Made by a program: the position numbers and the translations under genes. From Clostridia bacterium (GTDB lineage Bacteria; Bacillota; Clostridia; Oscillospirales; CAG-272): a DNA stretch of 64,000 nucleotides. This document shows, one piece after another, positions 37,801 through 45,726 of the stretch. Position 1 is the first letter of the stretch, and the number at the start of each line of letters is the position of its first letter. The DNA is taken from assembly GCA_017531925.1 (NCBI GenBank), contig JAFXKD010000048.1, forward strand, positions 103 to 64,102, written 5' to 3'. The notes beneath the pieces were generated by a model. It searched no databases and was not told where the DNA came from. It worked only from the letters and a program-made list of their open reading frames with translations.

Positions 37801-38350
37801 GAAAATGATAAATATCGTTGGTGTTGTGAACGATATAACCGTTAAAACAACGAGAAGCGGCGAAAAAATGGCGTTTTTCACTCTTGGCGACCGCTACGGT
37901 GAGATTGAGTGCATTGCATTCTCCAAGACATATTCCCGTATTCGCGATAGCTTGGCGCGTGATACCGCGGTGGCGGTCACGGGCAACGTTCAGGCGCGTG
38001 ATGATGAGGATATCAAATTCATCGTTGGCAGTGTTGAGATCTTGAAGAAAAACGGTGAATACCGTGCGCACATCACGCCAAATAAGTCTGAGAGTGCCAA
38101 GGAAGAAAGGGCTTTCGGAGGAGCAAATAAGCGCCCGACGAAGATCTATCTCAGAGTTGAGGACCTTCAATGCGAAGGATACAAAAAGGCTAAAAATCTC
38201 GTTGAGATATTCGAGGGAGAGGTCGCGGTCGTTTTTTACGATAACAGTACCAAGCAATACCACGCTTCGGGACTTTCGTTCGATGCGACGGAATATACCG
38301 TAAGTCAGCTTTCCGAGCTTTTAGGAGCGGAAAACGTGGTGTTGAAATAA
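34869..38350 (+). pseudogene. dnaE: DNA polymerase III alpha subunit DnaE, reading frame interrupted by an apparent 1-nt deletion near 36452 (ORFs 34869..36479 and 36440..38350)
   Basis: N-terminal PHP domain MGEFVHLHLHSEYSLLDGA.. The first ORF ends ..HAAGIVITDEPLCEYV-LLLLVTER*. The neighbouring frame continues -PLALSNGAVITQYDMDAVAELGLLKFDFLALRYLT.. through the fingers and OB-fold. Together they total about 1170 aa, which is full DnaE length. Confidence 0.9.
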
Positions 38351-38360
38351 ATAATAAAAA

Positions 38361-38378
38361 TGACGGGCTTGCCCGTCA
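38361..38378. terminator. Bidirectional terminator between dnaE and the glycosyltransferase gene
   Basis: tgacggg-cttg-cccgtca stem with T-runs on both strands. It overlaps the stop codon of the - strand gene. Confidence 0.65.
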
Positions 38379-39497
38379 TTTTTTGCTTTTTTCATATTCC
38401 GATTTATAAAATTCGGTCATTTTTCGCGCCATAGCCTCGGCGTTGAATTCCTCACGGTAACGCTTGATTGCTCCTGCGGAGCATTTGGAATAGAGATCTG
38501 TATCGCGGTACATTCTAATAATTGCCATAGCGAGCGCATCCGCGTTTTTTGCGGGAAAAAGAAGTCCGTTGACCGCATTTTTTACCATATACGGATTTCC
38601 GCCGAAATCACTTGCCACAGCGGGAATTCCGAGGCTCATTCCCTCCGATAGAGCAAGGGACGAGGTCTCCGTCCCGTATGAGCAGTTGACGTTGAGATCG
38701 ATCATATTGAAGAGGGGTGCAACGTCCTCGCAAAAGCCGGTAAAAATCACCGTGTCAGAAAGGTCAAGCTCGCGAGAAAGAGTTATCAATTCATCGTATA
38801 GGGAGCCGCCGCCAACTATCAGAAATTTAAAGTTAGGATAGTATTTTTTGCATATTTTAGCGGCTTGCAGGAGTGTTTTGTGTCCTTTATATTCCTCAAG
38901 GCGCGCAAAGATCCCTATAACAAAATCTCTTTTTGATATGCCGTATTTTGCTCTGTAAAGCTCCTTTTCATCAGCTGATAGCTCGCGGACGGGCTCAACG
39001 CCGTTTATTACGGTGTGTATCTTCTTTTTATCGCATCCGATGTTCAGAAGATCCTGACGCGCGGCATCCGCAACTGCTATCATAGAGGAGGACAGTATAT
39101 TATTCGCTCCGCCGAGAATGAGCCTTGATATGGGATTGGTAGCGGAGCGAGTGAGTGGAAAGGTACAATGCCTTGTAAAAATGCGGCAGGGAATTCCAAG
39201 CGAGGTAGCTGCGATGCGTGAGGAGAGTGACCCGTGTGAGTGAACTATATCGGGGCGCACGGATTTGATTATTTTTCGCGCTTCTGCCGTGGCGGACGGG
39301 TCAAATGATCTGTCAGCACCGTGATACAATGCGATCACCGAGCAAGGGAGTGAGCAAAGCTCACTGATCAGCAGACTGCTCTTGGGAAGAGCGACGGATA
39401 TTTCAAAATCACTGCCCATGTTTTTTATTTGATTGCAAAGCAGGCGACCGGCGCCTCCGATATTCGTGTCGGATATAAAATGAAGAATTTTAATCAT
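38376..39497 (-). CDS. Family-4 (GT-B) glycosyltransferase
   Basis: MIKILHFISDTNIGGAGRLL.. N-terminus and a C-terminal ..GTETSSLALSEGMSLGIPAVASDFGGNPYMV.. E-x7-E type motif. Start trimmed to ATG 39497 (GGAG upstream). Confidence 0.85.
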   Translation of the reverse strand: MIKILHFISDTNIGGAGRLLCNQIKNMGSDFEISVALPKSSLLISELCSLPCSVIALYHGADRSFDPSATAEARKIIKSVRPDIVHSHGSLSSRIAATSLGIPCRIFTRHCTFPLTRSATNPISRLILGGANNILSSSMIAVADAARQDLLNIGCDKKKIHTVINGVEPVRELSADEKELYRAKYGISKRDFVIGIFARLEEYKGHKTLLQAAKICKKYYPNFKFLIVGGGSLYDELITLSRELDLSDTVIFTGFCEDVAPLFNMIDLNVNCSYGTETSSLALSEGMSLGIPAVASDFGGNPYMVKNAVNGLLFPAKNADALAMAIIRMYRDTDLYSKCSAGAIKRYREEFNAEAMARKMTEFYKSEYEKSKK

Positions 39498-39784
39498 ATC
39501 AATCTCCGCTTGTATTTTATATTGCATAAATTTATTATGCAGATAAATGGGCGTTTCTATTCTTTTTTGCGACAAAAATTACCAATAATAATTGAAAACC
39601 GTTTGGTTACAATAATAGCAGAGAAGCGAAGCAGGAATATTTGCTACGCGGTTTTGATACTTAAACCATCGTTTGAGATATCGGGAGCGCGTTGTATTTT
39701 CTCTGTAACGCCTCTCGATAATATAGATATCCCGATTTTTCGGGTTGAAAAATAGCCGCGATTGGCGGCAGAACGGAGAAAACT

Positions 39785-39979
39785 ATGGCAAACAAGTCAG
39801 CTAAAAAGGCACTTGAGCAGTTTAAGATGCAGGCTGCGAACGAGGTTGGTGTAACTCTTAACAACAACGGTTACAACGGTGATCTTACGTCCCGTCAGGC
39901 AGGTAGCATCGGTGGTCAGATGGTCAAGAAGATGGTAGAGTCCTACGAGAACAATCTTGGCGCACATCCCACAAAATAA
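39785..39979 (+). CDS. Alpha/beta-type small acid-soluble spore protein
   Basis: ..LEQFKMQAANEVGV... and ..LTSRQAGSIGGQMVKKMVE.. are the two conserved SASP blocks. Confidence 0.9.
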   Translation: MANKSAKKALEQFKMQAANEVGVTLNNNGYNGDLTSRQAGSIGGQMVKKMVESYENNLGAHPTK

Positions 39980-40080
39980 TTTACTCCAAGGCTAAAAAAC
40001 GTATTTAGTTTTATGATTTTTTAAAAATTGTGTAATTGAATAGGTTTTTTGAGGGCGAACGGGTTATCGGGCGCCTTCTT

Positions 40081-40129
40081 TTTTGCTTGTATTTGCTTTG
40101 TTTTGCTTGTATTTGCTTTGTTTTGCTTG
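40081..40129 (+). repeat. Perfect 20-nt tandem direct repeat, 2.45 copies (ttttgcttgtatttgctttg)
   Basis: Units at 40081..40100 and 40101..40120 are identical. A third partial copy ttttgcttg (40121..40129) runs into the -35 TTGACA. Confidence 0.95.
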
Positions 40130-40155
40130 ACAAAAGCTGAAAATGAGTATATAAT
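40127..40155 (+). promoter_or_regulatory. Consensus sigma-A promoter for the 40203 lipoprotein gene
   Basis: TTGACA 40127..40132, 17-nt spacer, TATAAT 40150..40155. Confidence 0.65.
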
Positions 40156-40202
40156 GAATCAAGCAAAAGAAATTCGATTTTTAAAAAGGGGGGTGAAGCT
40201 TT

Positions 40203-41168
40203 ATGAAATGGCGTATTGCTTGCGTTATTTTCTGCATTTTGGCAGTTTGTGTATCCTTATGCGGATGCGGAGAGAATAACATAAGGGCTATGGAATACGA
40301 CAGTATTGAGGAGCTTCACGCCGCTTACGTTGATCATCTTTCGAGGCAAGAGGACCACGGTGAAGAATGGTGGGCAAGGGAGCTTGTCGCGTATTTTCCG
40401 TATGAGGATAAGTATTTTGTTATTTGCACATATGCGGAGGGCAGAAATGCTCCCAGAGTCAAGGAGGGTGAGCTGCTCGTTTACATAGTTGGCAAAAAGC
40501 ACGACAAGTTTGTTCTTGATACAGGCTCACTCGGGCTTGAGATATGCACCTTTTCACTTACAGAGGAGGATCCACAGGATAATCTTATAGGAATTTGCCG
40601 CATTAACGGTAAGAAAAAGCACGTATCCTTCGTTTGCAAGGGCTACGGAGACGAGAGGTGCTACTATTATGACGGCGTCAGAATGGATGAAAAGGTATTT
40701 GTAGATCCATTTTCAAATAATAAGCTCATTCTGTGCTATGGGGTTTCAGACAGCGTTTCGCAGCTTCAAAAGCTTTTTGGAGGCGGACACAAATGGCAGC
40801 TTATTCCGGATTCGCCCACGAATTACATAAAGCACGATATAATATGTGGATCAAAGTGTATTAAGGTGAATATCGAAATTCCAATGATGCCGACATCCAA
40901 TGAATTTTTGATCGAATATACCAATATCCTCGCGGACCAGATCGAAGCAAAAGAAGGAGCGGAGGCGGTATTGAACGGCGGAAGGGTCGATCGCCGTCAG
41001 CTTTATGCTGAGATCAAGTTTCATATGGTCTGCTGGAACTGGGGAATACTACAGGATAAAGCCGGTCTTTGCGAAATTGAGATATTTGACGGCGGAGCGG
41101 TTATAGATTCGCGTCCGTGGATCAACACTGTCGGACGTTTGCTTTACGGCAATGAATATAAGGAATGA
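40203..41168 (+). CDS. Hypothetical Cys-rich lipoprotein
   Basis: Signal peptide MKWRIACVIFCILAVCVSLCGC with a lipobox (SLCGC). 321 aa with no domain I recognise. GGGGGTG RBS. Confidence 0.65.
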   Translation: MKWRIACVIFCILAVCVSLCGCGENNIRAMEYDSIEELHAAYVDHLSRQEDHGEEWWARELVAYFPYEDKYFVICTYAEGRNAPRVKEGELLVYIVGKKHDKFVLDTGSLGLEICTFSLTEEDPQDNLIGICRINGKKKHVSFVCKGYGDERCYYYDGVRMDEKVFVDPFSNNKLILCYGVSDSVSQLQKLFGGGHKWQLIPDSPTNYIKHDIICGSKCIKVNIEIPMMPTSNEFLIEYTNILADQIEAKEGAEAVLNGGRVDRRQLYAEIKFHMVCWNWGILQDKAGLCEIEIFDGGAVIDSRPWINTVGRLLYGNEYKE

Positions 41169-41170
41169 TT

Positions 41171-41201
41171 AAACGGTGAGGTATCACCGTTTAATTTTTT
41201 T
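41171..41201 (+). terminator. Intrinsic terminator after the lipoprotein gene
   Basis: aaacggtga-ggta-tcaccgttt followed by a T-rich run. Confidence 0.7.
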
Positions 41202-41211
41202 GGATTTTCTA

Positions 41212-41240
41212 TTGACAAAGCGGATAAAAAGTGATAATAT
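41212..41240 (+). promoter_or_regulatory. Sigma-A promoter for the alaS T-box leader
   Basis: TTGACA 41212..41217, 17-nt spacer, TGaTAATAT (41232..41240). Confidence 0.65.
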
Positions 41241-41246
41241 ATCCGT

Positions 41247-41500
41247 GTATGAAAAAACATTGATGGGAATAAGTAGTATTCTTGCGTTTGTGCAGAGAAC
41301 CGTCGGTCGGTGCGAGACGGTGGGGCGGGGAGTATGAAGCTATCCCTGAGTTGCTTCCGAAAGGAAAGTCGGGTGCGCCCGTTAAAGCGCAGGCTGAAAT
41401 CAGCCGCAGAGGTCATTTTTGCGAGAAAATGACGAAATAAGGTGGTATCACGGGAGCGTCCTCGTCCTTATGCTATGCATTGGATGAAGGCGTATTTTTT
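41247..41500 (+). promoter_or_regulatory. T-box leader (tRNA-Ala responsive riboswitch), specifier GCU
   Basis: AGAGA/GUGCGAGA-type stem I elements (..tgcagagaaccgtcggtcggtgcgaga..), candidate specifier gaaGCTa at 41339..41341, conserved T-box sequence aataaGGTGGTAtCAcGGGa at 41436..41455, then a terminator stem plus T-run ending about 41500. Confidence 0.8.
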
Positions 41501-41524
41501 ATTTATGAAAGGAAAAACACAAAA

Positions 41525-44155
41525 ATGAAATGGACATCACTTAACGAGCTGCGTGAGAAATATCTCGCTTTCTTTGAGAGAAAGGGACATCTCCGTCTTA
41601 AATCATTCCCGCTCGTTCCAATTAACGACAAATCACTTCTTCTTATCAACTCCGGTATGGCTCCTATGAAAAAGTACTTTACAGGTGAGGAAGAGCCCCC
41701 GAGAAACAGAGTTTGCACCTGCCAGAAGTGCATCAGAACTCCCGACCTTGAGCGCGTTGGTCACACGGCGCGTCACGGCACGTTCTTTGAGATGCTCGGT
41801 AACTTCTCATTCGGTGACTACTTTAAGGTAGAAGCAATAGAGTGGTGCTGGGAGTTCCTCACAAAAGAGCTTGAGATCCCTGAAAATCTTCTTTGGCCCT
41901 CGATTTACGAGCAGGACGACGAGTCATATGATATCTGGGTAAATTGCATTGGTGTAAATCCCGACCACGTTGTTCGTATGGGCAAGGAGGACAACTTCTG
42001 GGAGCATGGAACAGGTCCTTGCGGCCCTTGCTCCGAGATATACTTTGACCGCGGCGAAAAATACGGCTGCGGTGATCCTAACTGCCGCCCCGGATGTGAG
42101 TGCGACAGATATATGGAGATCTGGAACAACGTATTCTCTCAGTTCAACAATATGGGTGACGGCACATACGAGGAGCTTGCTCAGAAGAATATCGATACGG
42201 GTATGGGACTTGAGCGTCTTGCTTGCGTAATGCAGGGCGTTGACAATATGTTTGAGGTTGATTCTATCAGAAGAATCATCGACAAGGTTTGTGAAATTTG
42301 CGGCAAGACCTATGGAAACGACGCAAACAACGATATTTCCATCCGTGTTATTACTGACCATACAAGAAGCGCGATGTTTATGATCGCTGACGGTGTTATC
42401 CCCTCGAACGAGGGACGCGGATACGTTCTTCGCCGTATCATCAGACGCGCGTGCCGTCACGGAAAGCTTCTTGGAATCAATCACACATTCCTTGTTGATA
42501 TGGTAAACGTTGCTATTGCGGAAAGCTGCGAGGCTTATCCCGAGCTTAAGGAAAAGGGCGATTATATAAGAAAGGTGCTTTCTATGGAGGAGGAGAGATT
42601 TGACGCGACTATCGACGCGGGACTTTCCATTCTTTCCGACCTTATCCGAGGCGCAATTAAAGAAAATAGCGATACTATCTCCGGCGAGGAGGTATTCAAG
42701 CTTTACGATACGTTTGGATTTCCGATCGATCTTACAAGAGAGATCGCAGAGGAAAACAATCTTAAGATAGATGAGGATACATTCAAGGCTCTAATGCTTG
42801 ATCAGAGAAACCGCGCAAGAGAAGCAAGAGCGAATATCAGCGGTTGGTCTGACAATTCAAAGAATATCCTTGCCGATCTTCCCAAGACTGAGTTTACGGG
42901 CTATACCGATTACAGAACTGTGGCAAGAGTTATTGCTATTCTCGTTAACGACGAGAGTGTTGAAAGTGTTAATGAAGGCGATTGCACAGTTGTTCTTGAT
43001 AAGACACCCTTCTACGGAGAGGGCGGCGGTCAGGTAGGTGATACCGGTACGATCTACGGTGAAAATTCGCTTCTTACCGTTTACGATACAAAGAAAACAG
43101 ACGGTGTTTATATTCACCTTTGTACAGTAGCAAATGGCACGCTTAACGTTGGTGATACGGTAACTGCAGATATTCTTGATGCTCGCCGCGACGCGATAAA
43201 GAGAAATCACTCCGCGGCGCACTTGCTCCAGGCGGCTCTTCGTCAGGTTCTCGGAACACACGTTGAGCAGGCGGGTTCTTACGTTGACGAGAATGTTTGC
43301 CGCTTTGACTTTACACATTTCGTGGCTCTTACGGATAGTGAGATTAAGCAGGTTGAGGCTCTCGTTAATGCGCACGTGCTTGCGGCTAACGAGATAGTTA
43401 CAAAGGAAACCGATATTGAAACCGCTCGTAAAGAGGGTGCTATGGCGCTCTTTGGCGAAAAGTACGGAAAGACCGTTCGTATGGTTAAGATGGGAAGCTT
43501 CTCAACCGAGCTTTGCGGCGGTACTCACTGCGATAATACCGGCAAGATCGGTCTTTTCAAGATAATCAGCGAATCCTCCGTTGCGGCAGGTGTTCGCAGA
43601 ATCGAGGCTGTAACAGGTCTTGGCGTGCTTCATCTTATTGCTAAGCACGAGTCCCTTATAAATCAGACTGCGGCTGAGCTTAAGGTTCCCAATGCAAATG
43701 ATCTTACTAAGAGAGCAAATGCACTTATGGGCGAGATCGCTTCTCTTAAGAAGGAGATCGAGGCTCTTAACAATAAGATCGCGGCTTCCAAGCTTGACGG
43801 CGTTCTCAATTCCGCAAAGCAGATAAAGGGTGTTAAGCTTATTGCCTTTAATGCTGAGGGAATGGACGTTGACAGTGCAAGAACTCTTGGTGACAAGATA
43901 AAGGCAGAACACAGCGATACTGTTGCGGTTCTTGCCGTAAATGCACACGGAAAGCTTAACTTCATCGCGGTTGCGGGCAAGGATGCGGTTGCAAACGGTA
44001 TCCACGCAGGTAAGCTCGTTGGAGCAGTAGCGGCTGTTACAGGCGGTAAGGGCGGCGGACGTCCCGACTCCGCTATGGCGGGCGGCGCTGATGCATCCAA
44101 GATCGCAGATGCTCTTGCAAAGGCTCACGAGATAGTTGAAGCAATGGCGAAATAA
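41525..44155 (+). CDS. alaS: Alanine--tRNA ligase
   Basis: MKWTSLNELREKYLAFFERKGH.., ..GNFSFGDYFK.., editing-domain HxxxH/CxxxH (..NHSAAHLL.., ..ELCGGTHC..) and a C-terminal DHHA1. Start trimmed to ATG 41525, because the ORF-track start lies inside the T-box terminator. Confidence 0.95.
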   Translation: MKWTSLNELREKYLAFFERKGHLRLKSFPLVPINDKSLLLINSGMAPMKKYFTGEEEPPRNRVCTCQKCIRTPDLERVGHTARHGTFFEMLGNFSFGDYFKVEAIEWCWEFLTKELEIPENLLWPSIYEQDDESYDIWVNCIGVNPDHVVRMGKEDNFWEHGTGPCGPCSEIYFDRGEKYGCGDPNCRPGCECDRYMEIWNNVFSQFNNMGDGTYEELAQKNIDTGMGLERLACVMQGVDNMFEVDSIRRIIDKVCEICGKTYGNDANNDISIRVITDHTRSAMFMIADGVIPSNEGRGYVLRRIIRRACRHGKLLGINHTFLVDMVNVAIAESCEAYPELKEKGDYIRKVLSMEEERFDATIDAGLSILSDLIRGAIKENSDTISGEEVFKLYDTFGFPIDLTREIAEENNLKIDEDTFKALMLDQRNRAREARANISGWSDNSKNILADLPKTEFTGYTDYRTVARVIAILVNDESVESVNEGDCTVVLDKTPFYGEGGGQVGDTGTIYGENSLLTVYDTKKTDGVYIHLCTVANGTLNVGDTVTADILDARRDAIKRNHSAAHLLQAALRQVLGTHVEQAGSYVDENVCRFDFTHFVALTDSEIKQVEALVNAHVLAANEIVTKETDIETARKEGAMALFGEKYGKTVRMVKMGSFSTELCGGTHCDNTGKIGLFKIISESSVAAGVRRIEAVTGLGVLHLIAKHESLINQTAAELKVPNANDLTKRANALMGEIASLKKEIEALNNKIAASKLDGVLNSAKQIKGVKLIAFNAEGMDVDSARTLGDKIKAEHSDTVAVLAVNAHGKLNFIAVAGKDAVANGIHAGKLVGAVAAVTGGKGGGRPDSAMAGGADASKIADALAKAHEIVEAMAK

Positions 44156-44167
44156 TTTAATAAAGAA

Positions 44168-44196
44168 ACGGCAGGGAATGATCTCTGCCGTTTTTT
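44168..44196 (+). terminator. Intrinsic terminator after alaS
   Basis: acggcag-(10 nt)-ctgccgt followed by T6. Confidence 0.78.
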
Positions 44197-44198
44197 GC

Positions 44199-44227
44199 TT
44201 GACAAAATGGGGAGTTTAGTCTATAAT
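44199..44227 (+). promoter_or_regulatory. Consensus sigma-A promoter for the lipoprotein pair
   Basis: TTGACA 44199..44204, 17-nt spacer, TATAAT 44222..44227. Confidence 0.65.
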
Positions 44228-44262
44228 CATAATATAAATGACTTGCTTAGGAGGTTTTCAAA

Positions 44263-44715
44263 ATGAAAAGAGTCATAGTGATTTTTATTATTATATCAAT
44301 GCTTTTCCTTTCAAGTTGCGGTGGTACAGGAGGATTTTTTGATACACTTGTCACTGAAAGGGCACTGGGAAAAACATTAGTAAAGGACTTCTTCTTCTTG
44401 ATTGGAAACGATGTTGAAGCCGCAAAAAACTTATTACACCCCAATTTCTATGCGGAAAATGGAGGATTCGAAGCATTTGTTGAGGATTTTAAGCAGGAAC
44501 ATAATGCAGACATTTTAGATGGAATCTCGATAGTCGGATGGTCGGGTGAGGGATCAGGTAGCGGATATTATCCCGCTGATGACTATAAATATACTTATCA
44601 ACAATATAGATATGAATTGATCGTTGGATTGAAACCTATGAGCATCTATGTTGAAGTCAGAACGGATGAGTACGGTTACGGCATATATGCTTTTGAAGAA
44701 AGCATAGATCAATAA
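44263..44715 (+). CDS. Hypothetical lipoprotein (paralog A)
   Basis: MKRVIVIFIIISMLFLSSCGG lipobox, AGGAGG RBS, AT-rich. Confidence 0.65.
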   Translation: MKRVIVIFIIISMLFLSSCGGTGGFFDTLVTERALGKTLVKDFFFLIGNDVEAAKNLLHPNFYAENGGFEAFVEDFKQEHNADILDGISIVGWSGEGSGSGYYPADDYKYTYQQYRYELIVGLKPMSIYVEVRTDEYGYGIYAFEESIDQ

Positions 44716-44726
44716 GGAGGGGTTAA

Positions 44727-45146
44727 ATGAAAAGGTTTATATCATTATTATTAGTACTTTTTATACTTACTCTTTCGAGTTGCGGATTGCCTGAAATAGT
44801 AGATAAAGCGAAAGATCATTCCGAGAAATTTATCCTTTCGTTGAGCGGAGATCTTGAGGAGGCAGTCTCATTTATGCATCCCGACTTTTGGCCGGGAGCG
44901 GATAGGTTTGCTGAATATTTAGGTCAACTTGAGAGAGCCGGAGAAATTGATTTTTCTGACGGTGTTGAGATACTGAATTGTGAATTCAATTCTTTGGGAG
45001 TAGAAATGGAGATAGATGGAACTTACTATACACATATTTGTGAAATCGTAGTAAGCGGCAAAACTTTACATATGTACGTTACTGTTATTGATGATGGAAA
45101 TGATTATGGCGTTTATTATTTCGGACTTTTTGATCCTGATTTATGA
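44727..45146 (+). CDS. Hypothetical lipoprotein (paralog B)
   Basis: MKRFISLLLVLFILTLSSCG lipobox. Aligns with the upstream gene (..DVEAAKNLLHPNFY.. versus ..DLEEAVSFMHPDFW..; ..YGYGIYAFEE versus ..NDYGVYYFGLF). Confidence 0.65.
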   Translation: MKRFISLLLVLFILTLSSCGLPEIVDKAKDHSEKFILSLSGDLEEAVSFMHPDFWPGADRFAEYLGQLERAGEIDFSDGVEILNCEFNSLGVEMEIDGTYYTHICEIVVSGKTLHMYVTVIDDGNDYGVYYFGLFDPDL

Positions 45147-45158
45147 TGAGGTGATAAA

Positions 45159-45695
45159 ATGAAGCTCGTAATAATAGTGGGGAGCGGTGCTGTTGGAAAA
45201 ATGACCGTTGGTCAGGAGCTTATGAAGATAACCGATCTGCGCCTGTTTCACAATCATATGATGATAGAGCCCGTTATCGATATTTTTGGATACTTTCACG
45301 GTGGCGTCACACAAAAGCTGCGCGAGGTAATATTTGAGGAGTTTCTTAAAAGCGATAACGAGGGTATGATCTTCACATTTTTGTGGGCTTTTGATATGCC
45401 GAGCGACAGGGAATACATTATGAGCGTTGCACAGAGATTTGACGAGGTATATTGCGTTGAACTCATTGCAGATCAGGCGGTTCGACTTGAGAGAAACAAG
45501 ACTGAGAACCGACTCAAGAGCAAGGCATCGAAGCGTGATCTTGAGGTCTCGGAGCAGAGGTTACTTAATGAGGAGAGATATCGCCTTGTAAGTGAAGAGG
45601 GAGAGATACCCTTTGAAAATTATTTGAGAATTGACAACACAGATCTTGCGCCCGACGTTGTGGCGAAAATGATAAAACAGAAATTTGATTTATAA
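45159..45695 (+). CDS. Small P-loop NTPase / kinase-like protein
   Basis: MKLVIIVGSGAVGKMTVGQEL.. Walker A at the N-terminus; 178 aa; size and layout resemble nucleoside/small-molecule kinases. Substrate unknown. Confidence 0.6.
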   Translation: MKLVIIVGSGAVGKMTVGQELMKITDLRLFHNHMMIEPVIDIFGYFHGGVTQKLREVIFEEFLKSDNEGMIFTFLWAFDMPSDREYIMSVAQRFDEVYCVELIADQAVRLERNKTENRLKSKASKRDLEVSEQRLLNEERYRLVSEEGEIPFENYLRIDNTDLAPDVVAKMIKQKFDL

Positions 45696-45698
45696 AGC

Positions 45699-45724
45699 AA
45701 AAAGAGGCAAAAGCCTCTTTTTTT
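45699..45724. terminator. Bidirectional terminator between the P-loop gene and prfC
   Basis: aaaagaggc-aaaa-gcctctttt with A and T runs on either side. Confidence 0.78.
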
Positions 45725-45726
45725 GC

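Noticed and set aside
39523-39541. TGCATAA-attta-TTATGCA perfect 7-bp inverted repeat 26 nt upstream of the glycosyltransferase start
   Set aside because: AT-rich palindromes of this size are common in AT-rich promoter DNA. I know of no matching regulator consensus and no second copy in the window.
39700-39784. Possible sigma-G promoter for the SASP gene (GTATT-18 nt-GATAATA)
   Set aside because: Both elements deviate from the GHATR / CATxHTA consensus at key positions, and the call is not distinguishable from chance in AT-rich DNA by eye.
40049-40279. 76-aa ORF running through the 20-nt tandem repeat into the lipoprotein gene
   Set aside because: It has a TTG start without an RBS. It overlaps the SD-supported lipoprotein ORF in another frame and contains the promoter of that gene, so it is not credible as coding.
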